Source of the DNA: Lachnospiraceae bacterium UBA7060
GTDB lineage: Bacteria; Bacillota; Clostridia; Lachnospirales; Lachnospiraceae
DNA length: 64,000 bases
Assembly (NCBI GenBank): GCA_002493835.1
Contig: DLAA01000017.1
Location: forward strand, 375 to 64,374
Direction of reading: 5' to 3'
Of this stretch, positions 19,048 to 28,103 are shown in pieces. A program made the position numbers and the translations under genes. The notes under the pieces are model-generated. The model saw nothing but the letters and a program-made list of their open reading frames with translations, was not told the DNA's origin and searched no databases. The number at the start of each line of letters is the position of its first letter. The first letter of the stretch is position 1.

Positions 19048-21390
19048 ATGGAAGAAAAAAAGAAGATTTATCCGGTGGAACCGTGGGACATTACGGAGAC
19101 GGAGTTTAAGATGGAGCATGTCTACCGGAATGAGACAACATTTGCCCTGTCCAACGGCTATATCGGAACAAGGGGGACTTTTGAAGAGGGATATGATTTT
19201 TCAGAGGAAGAGGGGCTGGAAGGAAATTTTATCAACGGATTTTATGAGAGTGAGAAGATCCGCTATGGGGAATGGAATTATGGATTTCCGGAGACGAGCC
19301 AGACACTGCTGAATCTTCCTAACGGAAAGACGATAAAGCTATTTCTGGGGGAGGAGGCGTTTGACCTGCGTCAGGGGACGCTGATAAAGAGCCGTCGGGT
19401 ACTGCATATGAAGGAAGGGACGCTGGAGCGGGAGGCAGAATGGATGAGCCCGTCAGGAAAGAGGGTCTGTATCCATACAAGACGTTTCGCGTCGTTTGCC
19501 TGTAAAAATCTGTTGGCAATGGAATATAAAGTGACGCCTTTGAATTTTTCGGGCACAATACGTTTGATATCCGTTCTGGACGGGGAAGTGGAAAATCATA
19601 CGAGAAAAACCAACCCGCTGGTGGATTACGGGCCTTTCGGGAGACATCTTGTGGCGGAAAAGATCGGAGCAGAAGGAGAAACCCTCTATTATGAGGGAAC
19701 AACAAAAAACAGTGGACTGACTATGGCATGTGCAAGCGCACACCAGCTGTGCGGGGAGTACCGCGTGAAACCGGGGAAAAAGGGAGACATAGTCTGGCTG
19801 GAATTTGAAACGGAAGGAAAAGTGGGAGAAACGGTTGTCCTGTACAAATGGATTGCCTATACCAGTGTATTGGATATGGAAGGAAACAGCAGGGAAGCGC
19901 TTTCACCTTTTATCCATATGGTGCTGCAGAAAGCAAAAGCGGAGGGATTTAAGCAGCTTTTAGATGAGCAGAGAGTCTATATGGAGGCATTTTGGGAAAA
20001 GGCGGATGTGCAGATTCAGGGAGACGAAACGTTGCAGCAGGGCATCCGGTTCAATCTTTTTCATGTGATGCAGGCTCTGGGAAGAGACGGAAGAACAGGG
20101 ATGGGTGCGAAAGGATTGTCCGGGGAAGGATATGAAGGCCACTATTTTTGGGATACGGAGATGTATGTTCTGCCGGTGTTTGCTTATACGGATTCTGCGC
20201 TTGCAAAAGCTTTGCTGGATTACCGGTATGACACACTGAACGAGGCAAGACAGAGGGCAAGAGTTTTAGGGCATGAAAAAGGAGCGCTGTATCCCTGGCG
20301 GACGATCAACGGAAAGGAAGCCTCGACCTATTTTCCGCTGGGTACGGCACAGTATCATATCAATGCGGACATTGCCTATGCCTTAAAACTCTACGTGGAT
20401 GTGTCCGGCGATTATGATTATCTGGAAAAAAGAGCGGCGGAAGTGTTGATTGAGACAGCGAGGGTGTGGGCGGATGTAGGCTGTTTTGTCCCGTCTAAGG
20501 GCGGTCGTTACTGTATCTGCGCGGTGACAGGGCCGGATGAGTACAATGCTATCGTGGACAATAATTTCTATACCAACTTGATGGCACGGGAAAATATCAA
20601 AGATGCTCTCTGGGCATTAAAAGTCATAGAGAAGAGAAATCCTTCGGCGGAAGCGGAGCTGATCGGGCGCCTGCAGCTGACGGCGGAGGAGATACAGTAT
20701 TGGGAAAAAATTGTGGAAAAGATGTATTTTCCCTATGATGAAGAGCGGCAGGTGTATCCGCTGGACGATGGATTTATGATGCGGAAACCATGGGACGAAA
20801 GCAAAATCCCGGAGGAAAAGAGGCATTTACTATATGAAAATTATCATCCTCTTTTTATTTACAGACAGAGGATGTCGAAGCAGGCGGATGCCATTTTGGG
20901 GCTGCTTTTGCACAGTGATTTATTTTCCAAAGAAGAGTTAAAGAGAAACTATGATTTTTATCAGGAGGTAACGCTCCATCATTCCTCTCTTTCCACCTGC
21001 ATATTCGGTATGCTCGCCTGCCGGATCGGTTATCGGGAGGAGGCATATCGGTATTTTGCAAAGTCAGCAAGAATGGATCTGGATGATTATCATGACAATT
21101 TTTATGCGGGCATTCATGCGGCTAATATGGCGGGGACATGGCAGGCAATCGTATTTGGATTCGGAGGTGTGCGAATCTGCGAGGGAACGCTCTACATAGA
21201 ACCGTTTTTGCCAAAAGAGTGGAAGGGCTATTCCTTCCGGATTATCTATAGGGGCAGCAGGCTGCAAATTGCCGTTTGTGAGGATGAAAGCAAAGTAATA
21301 TTGGAGAATAATGTACCGGTATGTTTTATGATACTGGGGAAAAAAGTGAAGCTAAACGGAAAAGGAGATATTTGGATTGAAAAAGTATAG
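19048..21390 (+). CDS. GH65 glycoside phosphorylase/hydrolase (kojibiose/trehalose phosphorylase-like)
   Basis: ALSNGYIGTRG, AKGLSGEGYEGHYFWDTE, GPDEY catalytic acid, KQADA, HHSSLS. Confidence 0.93.
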   Translation: MEEKKKIYPVEPWDITETEFKMEHVYRNETTFALSNGYIGTRGTFEEGYDFSEEEGLEGNFINGFYESEKIRYGEWNYGFPETSQTLLNLPNGKTIKLFLGEEAFDLRQGTLIKSRRVLHMKEGTLEREAEWMSPSGKRVCIHTRRFASFACKNLLAMEYKVTPLNFSGTIRLISVLDGEVENHTRKTNPLVDYGPFGRHLVAEKIGAEGETLYYEGTTKNSGLTMACASAHQLCGEYRVKPGKKGDIVWLEFETEGKVGETVVLYKWIAYTSVLDMEGNSREALSPFIHMVLQKAKAEGFKQLLDEQRVYMEAFWEKADVQIQGDETLQQGIRFNLFHVMQALGRDGRTGMGAKGLSGEGYEGHYFWDTEMYVLPVFAYTDSALAKALLDYRYDTLNEARQRARVLGHEKGALYPWRTINGKEASTYFPLGTAQYHINADIAYALKLYVDVSGDYDYLEKRAAEVLIETARVWADVGCFVPSKGGRYCICAVTGPDEYNAIVDNNFYTNLMARENIKDALWALKVIEKRNPSAEAELIGRLQLTAEEIQYWEKIVEKMYFPYDEERQVYPLDDGFMMRKPWDESKIPEEKRHLLYENYHPLFIYRQRMSKQADAILGLLLHSDLFSKEELKRNYDFYQEVTLHHSSLSTCIFGMLACRIGYREEAYRYFAKSARMDLDDYHDNFYAGIHAANMAGTWQAIVFGFGGVRICEGTLYIEPFLPKEWKGYSFRIIYRGSRLQIAVCEDESKVILENNVPVCFMILGKKVKLNGKGDIWIEKV

Positions 21391-22252
21391 AGGAATTTTT
21401 TTTGATTGGGATGGCACAGCAGTGCTGTCCCGGAAAGCATCTCCGGATGAGGCGGTGGCAGCTATGAAAGCGCTGTTAGCCAAAGGGGTGAAGATGGTTA
21501 TTGTAAGCGGAACCACTTATGAGAATATTGCCGGCGGAAAGCTGGAGGCGTATTTTGAGAAAGAGGATTTGGAACATCTCTATCTTGGACTTGGAAGAGG
21601 TGCTTATAATTACCGGTTTGAGGATGGGAGACCGAGCATATTTTCGGACAGGATACCGGATCAGGAGGAGCTTCTTCGCATCCATGATATGGCGTATGGA
21701 ATCCACAGAGAATTGCTGGCCAGTTATGGATTAAAGACAGATATCGTATTCTGTCGCCCGAATTACTGCAAAATTGATCTTATGGCAGATACCGACCGGG
21801 GAGAACAGCTTTTTATGCAGGAAAAAGAAGTGGAGATGTTGAGAGAACGCCTGGCGGCTCATGGAATCAGGAATGGCCTTGGGGGACTGTTGGAGATTGC
21901 CTGTAATGTGGGGCGGCGCTTTGGTATAGAAGTGAAGGCGACCTGTGATGCCAAATATCTGGAAGTGGGAATCAGCGATAAGAGCGATAATGTGGATCGG
22001 ATTATGGAAGAGTTGGAAAGGAAATTTGGAATAAAAAGTGAGGAGTGCTGTTTCTGGGGGGACGAGTTTGTCGGACTGGAAGATGGCATTTATGGAAGTG
22101 ACAGTTTTATGCTCACGAAAAAAACGGAGGAAGGAGATTTTTATGACGTGTCATCGGTAAGCGGAAAAAGACCGGAAAAGGTCGTGCAGATCGGAGGGGG
22201 TGTCAGGCGGTTTTTGAATTTTCTGGAAGAACAGAAAACGGAGGGGCTATGA
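21377..22252 (+). CDS. HAD-superfamily hydrolase/phosphatase (class II-like)
   Basis: FFDWDGT, VSGTT, DKSD, WGDEF...GSD; TTG start overlapping the GH65 gene. Confidence 0.8.
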   Translation: MKKYRGIFFDWDGTAVLSRKASPDEAVAAMKALLAKGVKMVIVSGTTYENIAGGKLEAYFEKEDLEHLYLGLGRGAYNYRFEDGRPSIFSDRIPDQEELLRIHDMAYGIHRELLASYGLKTDIVFCRPNYCKIDLMADTDRGEQLFMQEKEVEMLRERLAAHGIRNGLGGLLEIACNVGRRFGIEVKATCDAKYLEVGISDKSDNVDRIMEELERKFGIKSEECCFWGDEFVGLEDGIYGSDSFMLTKKTEEGDFYDVSSVSGKRPEKVVQIGGGVRRFLNFLEEQKTEGL

Positions 22253-23125
22253 TTTGACACAAAAGGCAAAATAACCATATCCGGTATTGAGCAATAAACT
22301 GTAATCGGCCATCTCCGAGTAAAATGTCATTCCGAACTGCTCAGGCGTTATGAAATGGCTGCTTTCCAATTGATATTGTGAAGTCTGCCGGCAATATACG
22401 GCAAGCTGATCCACGACTTTTAATGAGATTTCTTTTCCGGCATTCATGACCAGTTTATCCATTTTAGTCAACGGCATACCCAACATGGCACTGACCGTTC
22501 GCAGTATCAGGCTCTCTTCCAGAATCATAAAAACCTGCACCTTTTTTTCGTCTGTTGAGCGATATATCAGACGAATAATCATGCCGGATCCAAAGTCTTC
22601 TCCGCTGTAATGTTCACTCACAATTTCTACCTGCAGTCTGAAAATTTCCTGTAAGGTGATAATCAGAGCATTCTTCAGGGCATCCATATCGGCGCCGGCA
22701 TGGTCGGTTTTCCATCTGTTAGAAATTTTACCTGTAATGGCGCGATCTTCGATTAGAATATGTGTGGTAAGCCATCCAATGCAGATGCCAAGAAAATGAT
22801 GGATGGATTCTTGCGAATAGTCCGATTTGGTAAGGTCTTTTTCCAATGCCGGAATTGTCTTATAGCGCATATCGTCATGCAGGTGTTTGTGTACCTCGTA
22901 TCCTTTATAGCCGATTGACTGCATATAGCGTTCCTCGTCGACAAAATGTTCTGCGGTGTAATTTTTGAAATATTTAATGCCCTCAGCACATGCCCACGGT
23001 CCGTTATTCTCGTCTGTGCTCAGATGGACTAGTCTTCGTACGATCGAAAAGAGTTTTCGGTGTGCATTGTCGATGGAATTAACCCCAATATTAAAATGTT
23101 TGTTCCATTCCATTTCTTTAGACAT
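22247..23125 (-). CDS. Bacteriohemerythrin domain fused to a CheX/CheC-like C-terminal domain
   Basis: W...FNIGVNSIDNAH, HFVDEERYM, HKHLH and WLTTHILIED di-iron ligands. The C-terminal assignment is tentative. Confidence 0.75.
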   Translation of the reverse strand: MSKEMEWNKHFNIGVNSIDNAHRKLFSIVRRLVHLSTDENNGPWACAEGIKYFKNYTAEHFVDEERYMQSIGYKGYEVHKHLHDDMRYKTIPALEKDLTKSDYSQESIHHFLGICIGWLTTHILIEDRAITGKISNRWKTDHAGADMDALKNALIITLQEIFRLQVEIVSEHYSGEDFGSGMIIRLIYRSTDEKKVQVFMILEESLILRTVSAMLGMPLTKMDKLVMNAGKEISLKVVDQLAVYCRQTSQYQLESSHFITPEQFGMTFYSEMADYSLLLNTGYGYFAFCVKS

Positions 23126-23263
23126 GGTGTTCCCTTATTGGATGAGGAAATATCCTTGTATCGATTGGATTTCCGGAGGAGTTTTAGTATAATATATGTC
23201 GAGAAATAGCAAAAAGTGTCAATACTTAGAAACGAAATCATATTATTGAAGGAGGTATTTGAA

Positions 23264-24058
23264 ATGCAGGCAAAAGCGCCGGAAACGAAACCGTTTGGGA
23301 AAGAAGCATTCACTTCACAGGAAGGGACGGACATACGCTGGCTGGGGAATGCAGGTGCATTGATTAACAGCAGGGGAACCACAGTGATGATCGATCCGGT
23401 GTTGAGTGGGTTTGATATGCCTCTTCTCATTGATATGCCGATAACGGAAGAAGAAGTCCCCTGTGTGGATGCGGTTCTTCTGACCCACTGCGATAATGAC
23501 CATTATAGCAGGACGACTTGCAGGAAGCTGGCAGACAAAGTAAAAGAATTTCATGCGCCGCGTTATGTTGCGGGGCTTTTGAAAGATGAACTGGATATCG
23601 AGGGTATTGGGCACGATATCGAAGAAAAATTCCAGGTTGGAAATATAACAGTGAAGCTGACGCCTGCTGATCATGCCTGGCAAAATGAGTCTCCTAAACA
23701 CCATACAAGAGATTTCAAGATAGAGGATTTCTGCGGCTTCTGGCTGGATACACCGGATGGAATCATTTGGGCCGTGGGGGACAGCCGCCTGCTGGAGGAG
23801 CAGCTTCATATGTCGGCGCCTGATGCAATGCTGTTTGATATTTCAGACAGCAGGTGGCATATTGGGCTTGACGGCGTACGGAAAATGGCAGCCGCTTATC
23901 CGAATACACCGCTGATCTTATGGCATTGGGGCAGTGTGGATGCTCCCGGATGGAAAGAGTTTAACGGGGATCCGGAGATTGTAAAGAGTCTCATTGTCAA
24001 CCCTGAACGTGCAATTGTGCTGGCTCCCGGGGAGAGCTTTCGCCTAAAAAAGCTTTGA
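23264..24058 (+). CDS. Metallo-beta-lactamase-fold hydrolase
   Basis: WLGNAG, IDPVL, THCDNDH, PADH, VGDS, WHWG; RBS GAAGGAGG. Confidence 0.88.
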   Translation: MQAKAPETKPFGKEAFTSQEGTDIRWLGNAGALINSRGTTVMIDPVLSGFDMPLLIDMPITEEEVPCVDAVLLTHCDNDHYSRTTCRKLADKVKEFHAPRYVAGLLKDELDIEGIGHDIEEKFQVGNITVKLTPADHAWQNESPKHHTRDFKIEDFCGFWLDTPDGIIWAVGDSRLLEEQLHMSAPDAMLFDISDSRWHIGLDGVRKMAAAYPNTPLILWHWGSVDAPGWKEFNGDPEIVKSLIVNPERAIVLAPGESFRLKKL

Positions 24059-24162
24059 TATATTTAGATGAATAAAACAAGGCGGCTCTGATGAATGGGG
24101 ATGTGCTGTGCCCATGCCGCGTTTTTTGCATAGAATAAAGCAAAAGCTTATAGGAACATGCA

Positions 24163-25302
24163 ATGGAAATATATGTGGTAAAATCAGGAGACACAGTGGA
24201 TTCTATCGCTGAAAATCAGGGAACCTCGGTATCTTCCATTATTTATAATAATCAACTTGCCTATCCTTACCCGCTGGCAGTGGGGCAGGCGCTTCTGCTG
24301 TCTTCGGATGAGACATCTGCGCCCTCTTACCCCGCCTGGGTGAATGGCTATGCGTATCCATTTATTCAGCGGGACACTTTGGATGAAACGCTTCCTTATC
24401 TGTCTTCCCTGTCTGTTTTTTCTTATGGATTTACAACGGAGGGGGATTTGGTCCCTCCAACGTTGGATGATTCTTTTATGATTGACGCGGCGCTTATGGA
24501 GGGGGTGCGCCCGGTTCTCACCTTGACGCCGCTTGGACCTGACGGAAATTTCAACAACTATCTGATTTCTGCTGTGGTAAATAATCAGACCGCCAAAGAA
24601 ACCCTGCTCGAGAATCTTTTGACCACTGTTCAGGAAAAAAACTTTCAAGGAGTTGATATTGATTTTGAGTATATTCGCCCTGAGGATCGGATTCCCTTTG
24701 CTGATTTTGTGGCGGATGTCAGAGATTATCTCTCTCCGTACGGCTATCATGTTTCTGTGGCGCTGGCGCCAAAGACATCCGACACGCAGGCAGGGCTTCT
24801 CTACGAGGGAAAGGATTACGGCCTTCTGGGAGAGGCTGCTGACAGTGTTCTGCTTATGACCTACGAGTGGGGTTATACCTACGGACCGCCTATGGCCGTA
24901 GCGCCCATTGACCAGGTCAGACGGGTGGTGGAATATGCCGTCACGCGCATCACGCCTGACAAAATTGATCTGGGCATTCCAAACTATGGTTATGACTGGA
25001 CGCTGCCATTTGTCCAAGGAACGTCCCGGGCAACTACCGTAAGCAATCTGGGGGCTGTGCAGATTGCTGTAGAGGCTGGTGTTCCCATACAGTTTGATGA
25101 AGTGGCTGAGTCACCCTATTTTCAGTACGAAAAGGACGGGCAGCTTCACGAGGTATGGTTTGAGGATGTGAGGAGTTATCAGGCAAAATTTGCTCTTTTG
25201 CCAGAGTTTGGCCTGCGCGGAATGGGATATTGGCAGATTATGAGGTTTTTCCGTCCAAATTGGTTATTGCTTGCAGATACTTTTCAGATACAGCGCCCGT
25301 GA
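24163..25302 (+). CDS. LysM + GH18 spore germination/cortex protein (YaaH/SleL/YdhD-like)
   Basis: YVVKSGDT LysM; GVDIDFEY catalytic motif; LMTYEWG; LGIPNYGYDW. Confidence 0.9.
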   Translation: MEIYVVKSGDTVDSIAENQGTSVSSIIYNNQLAYPYPLAVGQALLLSSDETSAPSYPAWVNGYAYPFIQRDTLDETLPYLSSLSVFSYGFTTEGDLVPPTLDDSFMIDAALMEGVRPVLTLTPLGPDGNFNNYLISAVVNNQTAKETLLENLLTTVQEKNFQGVDIDFEYIRPEDRIPFADFVADVRDYLSPYGYHVSVALAPKTSDTQAGLLYEGKDYGLLGEAADSVLLMTYEWGYTYGPPMAVAPIDQVRRVVEYAVTRITPDKIDLGIPNYGYDWTLPFVQGTSRATTVSNLGAVQIAVEAGVPIQFDEVAESPYFQYEKDGQLHEVWFEDVRSYQAKFALLPEFGLRGMGYWQIMRFFRPNWLLLADTFQIQRP

Positions 25303-25500
25303 CAAAAATAGTAATTCTTTTCTATTAAGTAAGTACCGCTTCGCCCACTCCCTCACAGCTGCGCACCGGGAATTTGTTTGTCATAATCTACCCAATGATT
25401 TTCATTTTTCTATTGTTTTAGATTACAACATGTAGTACAATAGCTATATTAAATTACAAACTAAATGCTTTTTATTGCACGAAAAATGAAAGGAAAGCAT

Positions 25501-26613
25501 ATGCCAAAACGAATTCTTAACAGCACCCCCAAACAGGATGGTTTCCGTATGCCGGGAGAATTTGAGCCGCAGGAAAAGATTTATATGCTCTGGCCGGAGC
25601 GGCCTGATAACTGGAGGAACGGCGCAAAACCGGCACAAAAAGCATTTGCAGAAGTAGCCAGGGCGATCCGGTCGTTTGAACCGGTAACTGTCCTGGCATC
25701 CCCGGAACAGTTTCCCAACTGCAGAAATGTTCTTCCTCCAGAAATCACCGTGCTTGAAATGACCAGTAATGACGCATGGGTAAGGGACTGCGGACCAAGC
25801 TTTCTTGTAAATGACAGCGGAATGTTACGGGCATGTGACTGGAAATTTAATGCATGGGGAGGACTGACAAACGGACTCTATTTCCCGTGGGATCAGGATG
25901 ATCTTGTCGCAAGGAAAATCTGTGAGCTGGAAAATGCAGATTCCTACCGCACAGAAGATTTTGTATTGGAAGGCGGTTCCATCCATGTGGACGGTGAAGG
26001 AACGGTTATGACGACGGAAATGTGCCTGTTAGACACAGGGCGAAATCCGTCCATGTCCAAGGAGCAGATTGAGGAAAAATTAAAGAGTTATCTAAACTGC
26101 AGTAAAGTTCTCTGGATTCCAAACGGAATTGATCAGGGAGAAACGAATGGACATATAGATGATATCGCATGCTTTATCCGTCCCGGTGAAGCAGCATGCA
26201 TTTACACAGAAGACAAAAAACATCCATTTTACACCGTGTCCCAGGAAGTATACCATACCCTGTCCGGCATGACAGATGCCAGGGGAAGAACATTAAATGT
26301 CCATAAAATCTGCTGTACAAAATATCCGGTTACAATACCGGAACACTTTTGCATCGATCAGGTTGAAGGGTCAAAACCAAGAAACACAGGGGATCTTTGT
26401 ATTGCATCTTACCTGAATTTCCTGATTGTAAACGGTGGTGTGATTGTGCCACAGTATGATGATGAAAATGACAGGATGGCATTGGAACAGATTCAGGAAC
26501 TGTTTCCTGAACGGAGCGTGACAGGCGTCCAGACGAAAGAGATTGTATATGGCGGTGGAAATATCCACTGCATTACGCAGCAAGTGCCAAAGGCAATTAC
26601 AACAGCAAACTGA
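25501..26613 (+). CDS. aguA: Agmatine deiminase
   Basis: FRMPGEFE, WPERPDNWR, DAWVRDCGP, LEGGSIHVDGEG, GHIDD, GGGNIHCITQQ (catalytic Cys). Confidence 0.93.
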   Translation: MPKRILNSTPKQDGFRMPGEFEPQEKIYMLWPERPDNWRNGAKPAQKAFAEVARAIRSFEPVTVLASPEQFPNCRNVLPPEITVLEMTSNDAWVRDCGPSFLVNDSGMLRACDWKFNAWGGLTNGLYFPWDQDDLVARKICELENADSYRTEDFVLEGGSIHVDGEGTVMTTEMCLLDTGRNPSMSKEQIEEKLKSYLNCSKVLWIPNGIDQGETNGHIDDIACFIRPGEAACIYTEDKKHPFYTVSQEVYHTLSGMTDARGRTLNVHKICCTKYPVTIPEHFCIDQVEGSKPRNTGDLCIASYLNFLIVNGGVIVPQYDDENDRMALEQIQELFPERSVTGVQTKEIVYGGGNIHCITQQVPKAITTAN

Positions 26614-26629
26614 CATTAAGGAGGAAATT

Positions 26630-28054
26630 ATGCAGCGAAAACTTATGTACACAAAGCCAACCATTGATGAACTGAATACGTTTTATGAAGAAAAAATGGG
26701 CAGCACAGCTCCGGAAAACAAAGAATATGTCTGTGAAGAACCAAATCCGTTCCGTGCGGTCGCGGAGTATGAAGAAATGGGAGGCATTATCTTTTCTTAT
26801 ATCGGAACAGAAGCTCCTAAAGACAAACACAAACAGCTTCCTCCCAAAGGAGAACGGACATTTGGTGTACCCAATGAACTGATTGTCCTTACGCAGCAAA
26901 ATGATACAGCCCACCCGGTACATACGTTTATTTTCTGCGATGATGAAACACAGCTCGAATCAATAAATGAATCCTTGCAGAAAACAGCCGATGAAATAGG
27001 CGCAATATTTAACCCTTCCCATGTACATCTGATCCCCTGGGACACTGATACCTACTGGACACGCGATTTTTCCCCTTGGTGGCTGTATAATGAGACAACA
27101 AAAGAATATGGCATTGCCAAGCACATTTACACTTCTCTTGGAGGCGGTACCGTAGGCCTGGTGGAAGGATCAGAAAACGCGGCACTGGATGGCGGAACTG
27201 GTATTTTCCGTGGAAATGATGACTATGGCGCTGTAAAACTTGCCGATTTCCTAAATGCCCCTATCCGTCAGTGGAACAATGCGAAATGGCATGGGAATCC
27301 AAATAAAGAAACCATTCCTGAAAACAAATGGTTCTTTACCGGGCTGCTTCACGTAGGCGGAAATTATATGTGTACAACTGACGGCAGGATTGCGTCTTCT
27401 TATCTGGCAGCTACGCAGAATGAACTGCCAACAGATGAATACCTTGATGGAAATATCACAGCGGAATCCATAGACAGGCGTATGGATTATATTATGAGAC
27501 AGTCAAACCGTTTTCTTGGGGCACAGCGCTACTACGCACTTGCTGATCCAACAGGTACCTATATTGGCCATATTGACTGCTGGGGAAAATTTTTATCTGA
27601 CAACACGCTCCTTCTCGCGCAGACCAGTGACGGAAGAATTAATGAAGGACTTAGAGACATCGGCAGTTTTATGGAAGATTGTTATAAAAAAGAAAACAGG
27701 AAGCTTGATGTAAAATATGTTACATGCCCCGATATTTATGTACCGGCCGGCGGTAATGAATGTGCAACCACAGCGCCATATACGAACAGCCTAATCCTGA
27801 ATGGCTGCGTATATGTGCCGATTGCAGATGATAAATATGAATCTGCGAATCAGGCGGCTTTAGAGGCATATAAAGAAGCTTATTCCGGAAACTATAAAAT
27901 TTATGGTATCCGGGGCAAAAAGGAAACCCCATGGCTTGGAACAGATGCCCTGCACTGCAGGACAAACACAATCCCCAAAGCCGTGGTAGACAGATGGCTG
28001 AAAAGCCAGGGGCTTTATACTGACAAACCGCAGGATCCGGTAATATGGCCGTAA
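26630..28054 (+). CDS. Peptidylarginine deiminase, Porphyromonas PPAD-like (no signal peptide)
   Basis: RAVAEYE, DTYWTRD, GGNYM, YIGHIDCWGKFL, PYTNSLILN and TPWLGTDALHCRT match PPAD-type motifs; RBS TAAGGAGG before ATG26630. Confidence 0.8.
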   Translation: MQRKLMYTKPTIDELNTFYEEKMGSTAPENKEYVCEEPNPFRAVAEYEEMGGIIFSYIGTEAPKDKHKQLPPKGERTFGVPNELIVLTQQNDTAHPVHTFIFCDDETQLESINESLQKTADEIGAIFNPSHVHLIPWDTDTYWTRDFSPWWLYNETTKEYGIAKHIYTSLGGGTVGLVEGSENAALDGGTGIFRGNDDYGAVKLADFLNAPIRQWNNAKWHGNPNKETIPENKWFFTGLLHVGGNYMCTTDGRIASSYLAATQNELPTDEYLDGNITAESIDRRMDYIMRQSNRFLGAQRYYALADPTGTYIGHIDCWGKFLSDNTLLLAQTSDGRINEGLRDIGSFMEDCYKKENRKLDVKYVTCPDIYVPAGGNECATTAPYTNSLILNGCVYVPIADDKYESANQAALEAYKEAYSGNYKIYGIRGKKETPWLGTDALHCRTNTIPKAVVDRWLKSQGLYTDKPQDPVIWP

Positions 28055-28103
28055 AACAGATAGAAACAACCAAAGACAACGTACATCAGAAAGGAATATC
28101 AGT

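Noticed and set aside
24128-24137. Sporulation sigma-E/K-like -10 element (CATAGAAT) before the GH18 gene
   Set aside because: Plausible from context, but no convincing -35 element; insufficient support.
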